A stretch of 16,537 bases of DNA from Paraspadella gotoi (taxonomy: Eukaryota > Animalia > Chaetognatha). Location of the stretch: positions 1,097,822-1,114,358 of the forward strand of contig JBJCIZ010000028.1 of assembly GCA_051294375.1 (NCBI GenBank), given 5' to 3'. The position numbers and the translations under genes are program-made. Shown piece after piece: positions 1 to 9,750 of the stretch (position 1 is its first letter; each line of letters starts with the position of its first letter). The notes under the pieces are model-generated. The model saw nothing but the letters and a program-made list of their open reading frames with translations. It was not told where the DNA came from and made no database searches.

Positions 1-60
1 TTTAAAAAGATATAGATTTGTTAAAACATGTTTGAGCAAACAATGTCGGATCTCGCTCGA

Positions 61-290
61 TAATTAATTAATTAATTAATTATGTTTAATTAATTAATAA
101 TTATTATTAATTAATTATTAATAAATAATTATATTAATTATAATTATTATTAATTTTTTTAATTAATTAATTAATTATATATAATTAATTATTAATAAAT
201 AATTATTAATAATTAATCAATTAATTAATTAATTAATTAATTAATTATTATAATATAAATAATTTATTAATAATTAATTTTTAATTTATA
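61..290. repeat. (TAAT)n / AT-only low-complexity tract
   Basis: Near-continuous taattaatta/ttat units with almost no G or C. Confidence 0.9.
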
Positions 291-960
291 ATGAAGCTAT
301 AATTTTAATAAATATTTTTTTAAAATTAAAAAAGTAATAGTGATTGTACCAATTTCATAATAAAAATGAATAAAAAAATAAGTAATATTAATTTGTTAAC
401 ACGCGAAAGCCATGTCAATATTGTTATATAAATTAGTTTTTTCAAATATTTTTTATCGTACAAAATCCACATAATCATTAATCAACTAGCAAAATAAATT
501 AAAACATATTTATTAATTATTTATAAAAAATATTTAGTATTAAATTGTTTATGCTCTTTTTTACCTTATATTCAACCTTACGATGACGCATTAATCTCAT
601 TTGCATATTAGTCACTCGATTTTCATTACTAACATTTTGAGCATACTTGACCCACCAGCTGTGTATCAAATTTCCAATAAATATGGTTCTGATCATATTT
701 AGAAAGTTTTTGTATAAAAGTGTGTGATTAATCTAGCTATTAAGTTTCGATGGAATCTTGCTAGTAAATATGAGTTTTAATGAAAAAAAAACAAAAGTCA
801 CATTTACTTGAATTTTATTTCTGTTTTTCTCTTTTTTTCACAGAAAAAAATCATTAATTATTTAATTGTTAAGTTGATTGATTGATAGATTTTTGTTATG
901 ATTTATAATCTAATGATCTGTTATAAAAAATTATTAAAAATTTCACAAGTAGAAAAAATT

Positions 961-1036
961 TTGACCAAATTGTGCTAATTGACCAAATTATGCAACTTGA
1001 CCAAATTATACAAGTTGACCATATTATACAAGTTGG
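961..1036 (+). repeat. 18-bp minisatellite, about 4.2 copies (TTGACCAAATTATACAAG-like)
   Basis: Units start at 961 (ttgaccaaattgtgctaa), 979 (ttgaccaaattatgcaac), 997 (ttgaccaaattatacaag), 1015 (ttgaccatattatacaag), with a partial ttgg at 1033. Confidence 0.9.
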
Positions 1037-1153
1037 TATTGACACAACTACTGGTTCATTAATAAATTAATTGATTTATAGATTTTTTCATAGATTTATT
1101 AAGAAGTCTGTTAAGATTTTTTATGTTATAATAGAAAGAATTATCGACATTGT

Positions 1154-1347
1154 TTGCTCAAACTTGTTTTCCAAAAAGGCAAACTGTTCAATGTGGGATT
1201 CCTCACGGCAAAGTTGATGCGTCCCGATATCCGCTGTTTTTTCTTCCATGACGTCGACTTAATTCCAGAGGATGAGAGAATCCTCTATCAGTGTGACGAA
1301 ACGGGCGCGTTACACCTTGGAGCCATGGTCGATACCATGAACTACAT
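1154..1347 (+). CDS. GT7-family beta-1,4-galactosyl/N-acetylgalactosaminyltransferase, internal exon containing the DxD motif (5' boundary uncertain)
   Basis: FQKGKLFNVGF...CFFFHDVDLIPEDERILYQC matches the GT7 pattern FNRAKLLNVGF...CFIFHDVDLIPEDDRNLY.C. Phase-2 donor AT|GTGAGA at 1348. No clear acceptor found. Confidence 0.9.
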
Positions 1348-3593
1348 GTGAGACTGCTACAGCCATATATGAGGAAATTATTTTACATATGTATATTGTA
1401 TATTGTAAAATTGCAATATTACTTTTTCACATCTTTTCATTTTTATTTCTTATTTTAATATTTTATGAAGGATTTTAGTATTTAATCTGATATTAGTTTA
1501 TTCGAATATATTAGCTTTCTTCTTTAAAATAGGTTTTATTTATCTATAATTCAATTCTGGGAAGGGGAAAGTCGCTGTTTGTCTTCTGGAAATAGAGGGA
1601 GGCATCTATACAACACAAGGTTAGAATTAAGATTAATCTGTCCCTAGTTTTCTAATAGATGTACACAATCATTTTCTGTTAGACAAGTCCAATTAACTGA
1701 AAAATTCATATATCTATAAAGATGGCCTGAAACAGAAAGGGTGGGTGGCGAATGGATAATTTTTTTTGAAGGGGAACCAAACGTCATACTATATGATTCT
1801 TTTCATACAAAACTACGATGGAGGTAAGTTACTAATAGGGACAATGTCATCTGATAGGGATACATCCCGAACAGGTCATAGGGGCACCTTTTATGTCCTG
1901 AATATATAATTTTAAACTTCAAGAAAAAATTTATTTTTTCTTTATTTCTACTTTTAAATTGTTTCTTTTTGAAATACCTTTTTCATCTTTTATTTTATAC
2001 AATGGGAAAGGCATACAGTTAGGAACCCTATACCCCCTTCATGGATTTCGGCTCTTTTTAATCCCAATATATCCAGGTATAGGCGAGCCATCCACCAAAT
2101 GGTGATCCTTCATTCGTTTGCTTATCGTTTGATATTTTAAATGGTAATAACTCTTGATGTTTATCTGAACAGACCAAAAGGCCCTGGCTCAAGCATTATT
2201 CAATTTTAGACGAAACTTTTTATTAGTTTTTGTATATCAATTTGTAATTTGTAAATTTAAATAAAATAAGTTAAATAATTAGTTTTTAATATATAGTAAT
2301 AATTAAGCGTACTGTTACAGCTGTAAAGTTTAACAATTCACAGTTTAATTGGTAAAAAGTTAAAAATATAATTAAATCAGCAGAGTTAAATAGTAAATAA
2401 TTTAAAATAGTTTATTTAAATAATATTGTGATGTGTTATTATATATATATTAATGTACTTAGTGGGTTTATACTTTTGTGTGATATTTTTCCCTTATCAG
2501 TCAATCTTTTAGGAAACTAATCATGTATTATCGTTTTTTGCACAATAGTATAACATCCAGAATAACACTGTCATATGTTCATTTAATTCTAGCCTCCTTA
2601 TCAATTATTTGAAAATAATATTAAATTCCCCATTTTTCTTAAGTTCCTTAAATATATATAACCCCTGACTTTAGTTAGTTTGTTTTGCTTAAATTTATAG
2701 CTCCTCGAAGCAAAATCTGGCTAAACTGTCGACAATAATTCTTGACATAATCTTGTTAATTGGCTAATAAATAGCAGCCTAGTGCGCTTTTTTAGGAATA
2801 CACACTGCGTCCATATATGCGGTAATTTAACTACTTTCAAAAGATAAGGAATCCCTTTATCATAAACAAGATCAGAGTACAGATTTGTTTTTTGATTTAA
2901 TGTATGTCTCAAATAATCTAACAGTTTATCTCTCTATTAGATTTATTGTACAGTAAGTGCTGCATTGGATAAATGTTGGCCAGAAATGTCATTTTTAAAA
3001 TCTTAAAATCGGGTGAAAAAAGGTCCATTCAATAATCTGAGCAATTTTTAAATTGTTCTGGCGATTCCTAAAATTATTTTTGTACATATTTATTCCATAT
3101 ATGTTGATTTAAAATAAAATAACAACATCATTGCAATATCTTTGACCCAGAATCTAGTCCAATTGGTAATTACCTAATGTTTGTTTAGTATATTAGGAGC
3201 CAAATTTGACAAAACATTTATCTAAAATAAAGGTTGAAGGACAATATGTCAATCTTTCTCAGTAAAAGAAAATTATCAACTCTTAAATATCCTTCAGTGA
3301 TTTTGAAATATGCTTTATTATGATTTACACTATTATATATGTTATTTTCCCTTGAAAATAATTGTTCTGAATGGAAATCTTTCTAGCTTAACTACCTCGA
3401 TTTCGATAATGAGGAAGTGAATGGGGGATATAAGTTTGAAAAATCATATGTTTCTAGAAAATCTGTTTTAATTGAGAAATTTCCAAAAAATCCAAAGAAT
3501 TATCAATTTATCCAAATAATGTTTTATTCCAGATCTTTGAAAAACTACTTGATAGTATACTTTAAGATATATTATATTATATTATATTATATT

Positions 3594-3990
3594 AAGGCGG
3601 GCCAAAATTGAACACCTTTTCTATGAACCTTCTACGTTCTCTCAAAAAATCCTTTTTTTCCTTCTGAATTATAATTTGATTTTCAATTGCGACTTTTTTG
3701 AATCTCACGTTCACTTGGCTTCGATTGCCAGCCTGAAGGCTTAATAAATATTTATTAATATATAACAAATGACAAAACTTTTTTTTTAATTTTATTTTTT
3801 AAGATCGGATTCTTTCATCATCATCATCATCTTTGGCTGAATTTTATAGTTTTTTAAAATTTTTATCAATAAAAAAAATTTTAAAAAGTTGTATTAATAA
3901 CCTTTATCTAACTTTTAAAGCTTTATCAGAATCTATTAAAAAAATTTGAAAAATTTTTTAAAAAATTTCGTTTTCTCTTTAAAAAAATTT
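3594..3990 (+). mobile_element. Non-autonomous repeat family A, internally deleted copy inside the 3.6-kb GT7 intron
   Basis: Begins AAGGCGGGCCAAAATT as at 5770. 3745-3813 matches 5905-5974, then 3815-3970 (catcatcatc...aacctttatctaacttt...tatcagaatc) matches 6810-6965. Confidence 0.7.
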
Positions 3991-4211
3991 TTTCATATTC
4001 TTTAACAGTCCCTTAACCATTATTTATTAAGGAGAACTTCTAGTTTTCAACCTGTTCCGGCCTAGTATATATATATACATTGTATATACAATGGATACCA
4101 TTAAAGGGAGTTAATCATTAGTAGATTTCGATCAATAGTGTTTACTAAACACCTGTAGTTGAGTGATGTTAAAATGATAACATTTTAGAAAATTAAAATT
4201 TAGCATATAGA

Positions 4212-4782
4212 ACATGAAAACAAAAACCAATAAAAATACTTTAGTAAATTTATTTTTTAATTTTATACAATAGTGGGCACCAGTAAGCTATATTTTTATA
4301 TAAGTATATTTTTATATAAGTATATAATAGCTAAAATTTTAAAATGTAAATTTTATAATTTGAAGATCGGATTTAGATTCCTTGTAAAAAGTTGATATAA
4401 GAAAGTATAATTCTTTTTTGAAAATTATTTTATTAAGTTGGTCAAAAATATAAAAAATTATATTTAAGACACCGATTTTTAATTTCCAGCTTAAAAATAG
4501 AGTTTTTTATAATTTTAATCTACTTAATGACATAATTTTTGAAAAAGATTTATATTTTCTTTTATCAACTTTTAACGAGGAATCTGAATCAGTTCTAGGA
4601 ATTTAAAAAAAAACTATTTTGAAATTTTGACATTGTATAAGGGTAGTACTATATACAAAATAAGCTGACTGGGCTACTATATTTATAAAAAAAGAAAAAT
4701 AACTTCAGATTAGTATTCACAAATATGATAGTTGTCAAGATATAACTGCTAAATTTGGATTCCAAACTTTCACTTCACCCAA
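4212..4782 (+). mobile_element. MITE-like palindromic repeat family B
   Basis: Internal inverted symmetry (4261-4295 vs 4655-4690; 4369-4437 vs 4521-4590) and an inverted second copy at 16139-16537. Confidence 0.8.
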
Positions 4783-4960
4783 ACCTGAAGTCTTATTAGA
4801 TGCCAAGCAATGCCCAATTGCACAACGGTTAAAAATTAACTAGGCTAAAAAATTTTAAGGGAAGAAAGATCCTTATTGGTAGTTTTGTAATTTTAATTTT
4901 AAAGAGAGGGGCGTATTGTTATTAAATCATAACTATCATACAAAATTTATTTGTTCTCAG

Positions 4961-5096
4961 ACCGATGCACATCTATATGGTCGGAGGGGTGATTGCTGTC
5001 ACGGAGAAACAATTCTTAGCGGCCAATGGCTTCTCTAACTTTATTGGGGCTGGGGAGGAGAAGACGACGACTTTGGCTTTAAGCTCAAGAACGCGG
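4961..5096 (+). CDS. GT7 transferase exon (GG...NGFSN...WGWGGEDDD), with a 1-nt deletion at 5040-5042
   Basis: Acceptor ttgttctcAG ends at 4960; joining AT+A gives NYIPMHIYMVGGVIAVTEKQFLAANGFSN. WGWGGEDDDFGFKLKNA starts at 5045 in another frame. Probable donor G|GT at 5097. Confidence 0.9.
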
Positions 5097-5099
5097 GTT

Positions 5100-5175
5100 A
5101 TTATAGTCATAATTATTTTTATTATTATATCATTATTATTATTATTATTATTATATTATTTATTTATTATTATTT
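5100..5175. repeat. (ATT)n microsatellite filling a short intron
   Basis: attattatt runs between the GT at 5097 and the AG at 5177-5178. Confidence 0.85.
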
Positions 5176-5178
5176 CAG

Positions 5179-5270
5179 TAATTCCAATTCTGCGGAAGAA
5201 AACAACAGACATCCTCTATCGTTACACGATGCTTAATCACAAGACATTACAGATCAGCCAATAAAAAAAG
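5179..5270 (+). CDS. GT7 transferase exon (YTMLNH metal-binding motif), with a frameshift near 5241-5245
   Basis: Acceptor tatttcAG ends at 5178 after an (ATT)n-filled intron. Reads VIPILRKKTTDILYRYTMLNH (compare CRMIRH of B4GALT1). The +1 frame continues HYRSANKK(R) to a phase-2 donor AG|GCGAGT at 5271. Confidence 0.75.
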
Positions 5271-5485
5271 GCGAGTTTTAAAAGAGATACGTAATTACAA
5301 ATTAAAAATGTATTACTATTATATAAATTAATTAATTAATGTTTTCTAATTTAAAATATATTTAGTTTTTTTTCCTAAAAAGTTATCAAGAAGATAGAAG
5401 GTATTTTATTTTTTTTCAACATATTATTAAGCTACGGCAATAAGTATTAATTTAATTAAGTGTGAGTCTTTTTTTCCTTCCTCAG

Positions 5486-5616
5486 ATGGAGTTTGCTAAA
5501 AAAAACGAAGGAAACGACATTGGACAGACGGATTAAACTCGGTCTTCCAATCGGGAATATACACAGAAAGCAAAGTCAATGATGATTACATCCATATCGC
5601 GGTTGATCTCAAATAG
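5486..5616 (+). CDS. GT7 transferase terminal exon (DGLNS...IAVDLK*), with a frameshift in or near the A8 run at 5498-5505
   Basis: Polypyrimidine acceptor ttccttcctcAG ends at 5485. Reads (R)WSLLKK, then in another frame KRHWTDGLNSVFQSGIYTESKVNDDYIHIAVDLK with TAG at 5614-5616, matching the GT7 C-terminus DGLNSL.Y...Y..I.VD. Confidence 0.82.
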
Positions 5617-5769
5617 TGTCTTGCCATTTTATTTCACTCCCATTTGAAATCCGTGTAAAAGATTCAGAATCATGAACCTGAATTTTATCGTATGTTTTAA
5701 TAACTTTAAGATTATTATTTTGGGATCAGGGGAAATCCAGTTATCCAGCTATCCTTCTGGATGTCCAGT

Positions 5770-6975
5770 AAGGCGGGCCAAAATTTTACATTTTTTACAA
5801 TATGAAAAAGTCTGCAATAAAAAGTCTTTTGTCCTTTTCAAGCCAACTTGACTTCTGATGTTAAATTTTGATTAAATTAATTTTCCTCACGCATGGAAGA
5901 ATTTTAATATTTAACAATATATAAAAAATGCTTAAAATTTTTTTTTTAAATTTAAATTTTTAAAAATGGATTCTGATTAGACGAGAATCTTGATTTAAAA
6001 AAAATTCAACATTTTTCTAATAGAGTTCCGTTCAAATCTGACTACCCAAATTGCAAACGCGATTGCCAGAAATTCGGGTAGAAATCAGTTGTAAAAACGC
6101 AGGATTCCGATAGTGTTTCATCTGAAGAGCTTGTCCTATTCGTTTTATCACATTTGATGAAGGATTTGATATCAAACAAGCTAGGGGAAATGCACTCTTC
6201 ATCTTCAGAGAATTTTCAAACCTCATTTTTACTATAGAAATGAACGGGAAAGTTTACAAACTTAAAATTGCAAACGGGATTGCTATATGTTCCTGTTACA
6301 TGAGACTTCGAATTTCGCGATTCCGATAGCTTTGTGTCTGAAGAGGTTGTCCTATTTTTCTTTTTTCATTTTATAATGATTTTGACATAAAATGATCAGG
6401 TTTAAATGAAATAGTCCGGTTTGAATCGCAAAATTTTTATTTTAAAAGAAAATGATAGGAAGAACTTTAAGAAAAAAAATTAGCCACCGGATTTATAAAT
6501 TTGTAAGCGGCAGTCAGAATCGGTGAAAATAATCAAAGGCAAACATGTTGAAAAATAAGGGTGAAATTTTGATACTTTTTTTAAATTTTCTTCACGAGAA
6601 GAGGTCCAATTAAAATGATACTTAAGAATTACAATATTGACGTCATTCCACATCTTCCGGTCTGATAATATACAAAAACTACCATTGGCTTCTTCTTTTA
6701 TAGTCATCTTCTATTCTGATAGAGATTAAAAAGTTAGATAAAGGTTAGTACTACAAATTTCAAAAATTTAAATGATAAATAGGCTAAAACTTGAAAAAAC
6801 CTTAAAAAATCATCATCATCTTCATCATTCATTAAATTTTATAGTTTTTATTAATTTTCATAGATAAATTATTAAAATTTCAAAAAGTTATAATAATAAC
6901 CTTCATCTAACTTTTCAAGCTCTATCAGAATCAGTAAAAAAAATTAAAATTTCGTAAAAAAATTTTTTGACATTA
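5770..6975 (+). mobile_element. Non-autonomous repeat family A, long copy with subterminal inverted repeats and an internal ~216-bp tandem duplication
   Basis: ggattctgattagacg at ~5968 is inverted relative to tctatcagaatc at 6921-6932. aattgcaaacg.gattgc recurs at ~6049 and ~6266, and gattccgatag...ctgaagag.ttgtcctatt at ~6103 and ~6319. Small palindrome at 6712-6931. Confidence 0.7.
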
Positions 6976-7082
6976 TATAGTATTCGGATATTGTATTCGA
7001 TCTTTCTTTTTGTTGTTTGTGTGTTTAAGGGGTGTAATGAAAAATTCGTTTTTGAACAACAATTTGTTTAACAGTTTCAAAG

Positions 7083-7118
7083 GACATGTTTCGACTCTAT
7101 GTTTCGAGTCTTCATCAG
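7083..7118 (-). ncRNA. Minimal type I hammerhead ribozyme core (Penelope-like element/retrozyme type)
   Basis: Minus strand reads CUGAUGA-A-GACUC-GAAACAUA-GAGUC-GAAA-CAUG-UC: both catalytic boxes, a 5-bp stem II and a palindromic stem III. Stem I is poorly paired. Confidence 0.7.
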
Positions 7119-7128
7119 CAAGTGGAAA

Positions 7129-8514
7129 TATTAGAGTAGGAAGCGCGCTATAGAAAAGAAGCCAGTGACTTTTTTTATATTTTTATATCGATAGATGTGG
7201 AATGACGGGAATATTGTAAATCTCAAGTTTCGCTTTAATCGGACCTCACATTGTGGAGAAATCTTAGGAAACCCATCAAAAATTCCACCCCTTTTTTTCA
7301 ACATTCTCGCCTTTTAAGATTTTCGCCGATTCTGACTTCCTCTTAACAACTTATAATTCCGCTAGTTAATTTCTTTTTTCTTAAACGAGCGAAGGGAATC
7401 CATAACTTTCTGTTATTTTATGATTTCTGCGTAAAAAAATATAATGAATAACATTAACATTGGGATATTATGAAGCCGGTGAGAGTTAAATAATTAAAAG
7501 ATTCGCCTATTTTATTATTGAAAAATGACTTAAAGTGAAGTAGTTGAACGTCTCCAGCTCATTTCAGTAAACATCCCTGTTCTCTAACATAAAATAATGT
7601 TTACTTTTTGCTGGTGGAAAAGAAAGATAAATAGTTAGGCTGTGATGGGTGATTTATATTTGTAGAATTTTGTAAGCATGCTTGTAATATCAGTGAAGCA
7701 AATATTTAAGTGAAAAAAAAATTATATTTTCTTTATCCAAAAAACTTTAAAGTTTACTATAGTACAATTTAGCCTTTTTTTCTTTAACATCACTAAAAAG
7801 AATTTCATTTTCATTTATTTTTATGGGGTTTCATAGTTTTAAAATTCATTATAATTTGACTTAGTTTGACACTCACCCTGTAAAGAGGTTTCAGCAAAAA
7901 TAATTCTAATATTGTAACTTGTATGTGCCTAATGATTATGGCTTCATTTTGGTACTATTGCCATCCCTGTATCTTTGTTCCTTCAAGAGATATCAGGAAA
8001 AATCGTTTTTTTCTCTCAACCTTCCTTTTAATTTTCTTATTAAATAAAATTTCATGTTGTCAAACCAGACCAATGGACTTTACAATGTTGGTTTACTATG
8101 AAGAGTTTGGTCAATAATGAAAAGAAAATTTGGCAAGCTCTTGAGACAAGAGGCTTTTTAAATCTCAAAATTCGAAGTAATATTTATAATGTTAACATAC
8201 CTAGCCCCGTTTACAATTTTTGAAAAGCAAAATTTCCCTTTCATTTCTATAGTAAAAACAAGGTTTGAAAATTCTCCGGAGATGCTAGTGCATTTCCCCT
8301 GGCTTGTTTGATATTAAATCCTTTATCAAATGCCATAAGACGAATTTGGCTAGCTCTTAGATATAACGCTATCGGAATCGTGTGTTTTTACAACTGTTTT
8401 TTACCCGATTTCTGGCAATCTCGTTTGCAATTTGGGTAGTCAGATTTTAACGGAAATCTCTATTAGAAAATGTTGAATTTTTTTTTTAAGCGAGATTCTC
8501 GTCTAATTAGAGTC
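7129..8514 (-). mobile_element. Inverted, diverged second copy of 5969-6721, split by a ~620-bp insert (7386-8004)
   Basis: 7129-7385 is the reverse complement of ~6466-6721 and 8005-8514 is the reverse complement of ~5969-6480 (e.g. ttgcaatttgggtagtcagatt vs aatctgactacccaaattgcaa). Confidence 0.8.
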
Positions 8515-9750
8515 AGTTATCTCAAACATCAGTTTTTGGAGAGAGAAAGAGAGAGTAGAGAGAGAGAGAGAGAAAAAAGAGAGAGAGTTTCCAACAAAGA
8601 ATTGAGTGAGGGATAGTGGTCAGATGTGAGGACAGGTGAACGTAAGGGCAGGGAAGAAAAGAGTGAGTGAATTTGAAAATTGAAAAAATTGGTGAAAGAG
8701 AGAGAGAGATGGAGAGAGAAAGATGAATCAATACATTAGGCAATGTACAACAATGATAAAATTAGAGAATAACTAAAGTATTATTACAAAATCTCGGTCT
8801 TGTATTTTATAAATAACCGAACGTCGGCCTTCGCCGAATTGTAAACAAATGCTTTTTGGTTTTCGATCGCTTGTAATTCTTCAGTCGTGATTTTGGCCGA
8901 GTAACAATTTGTAACTTTTTCCCGTTTTATTTCTTTTGTTTTACCTTATTTATTATAACTATAGTGAATACTCAATCCTCTATTAATATATTAGGCTAAA
9001 TAGATTCGTCAGTTATTACAGGAGTTAGTAATAAAGACGACAATAACAATAATTAATAAGTTATTTATTGACTGTGTTTGAATTTGAAGTAAGGAAAGTG
9101 AAAATGAAGAATAAGTAGTGAGAGATAGATAAGTTAAGAGTAAGTGAAATGGTAAGGTAAGAAAGAGCTCATCTTTCGAGCCGGATCACTAGCAGATCCT
9201 TCCATGTCCCACTCCACCGCAATATCCTCCTCAATGACAGGTCAATGACCCGACCACATCGTCAATGTCCCTCATTTTGCCTAGGCCGGGGGAGGGCCAG
9301 CCTTCATTTTTGAGACTCTTTCTTACCTTACCATTTTCACTTACTCTTAACTATATCTATCTCTCACTACTTATTCTTCATTTTTCACTTTCTTACTTCA
9401 AAAATTTCACAACTCAGTCAAATAACTAACTGTATTAATTATTCAGTTTAATACATTAGCTTATTTCTCTAATTTTATCATTGTGTTACATTGCCTAATG
9501 CTATGATTTTTTCATCTTTTCTCTCTCCATCTCTCTCTCTCTTACACTCTCTCTCTCTCTTCCACAATTTTCCAATTTTCAAATTCACTCACTGCCCTTA
9601 ACCTTCACCTGTCCTCACACCTTGACCACTATCCCTCACTCAATTCTTTGTTTGGAAACTCTCTTCTCTTTCTTTCTCTCTCTTTCTCTCTTTCTCCTCT
9701 CTCTTCTCTCCTCCAAAAACTGATTGAGTTGATGGATAAACTGACCTAAT
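8506..9750. repeat. Long (GA)n-rich inverted duplication (foldback) with a 139-bp loop
   Basis: Left arm 8506-9171 (with an extra segment at ~8784-9044) is the reverse complement of right arm 9311-9750, e.g. ggtaaggtaagaaagagctca vs tgagactctttcttaccttacc. Loop is 9172-9310. Confidence 0.9.

Noticed and set aside
961-1036. CRISPR-like array
   Set aside because: Units are contiguous with no unique spacers, and the context is eukaryotic.
1738-1756. TGGGTGGCGAATG shared with the HDV-like J4/2 region at 14351
   Set aside because: No P4 hairpin, P3/L3 or P2 partner around it; treated as a chance match.
4965-5264. 99-aa ORF with an apparent transmembrane segment (IIIIFIIISLLLLLL)
   Set aside because: Read-through of a frameshift and an (ATT)n intron; not a real membrane protein.
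8858-8890. Minus-strand CUGAAGA...GAAA as a hammerhead
   Set aside because: Stem II is weak and there is no stem III or NUH site.
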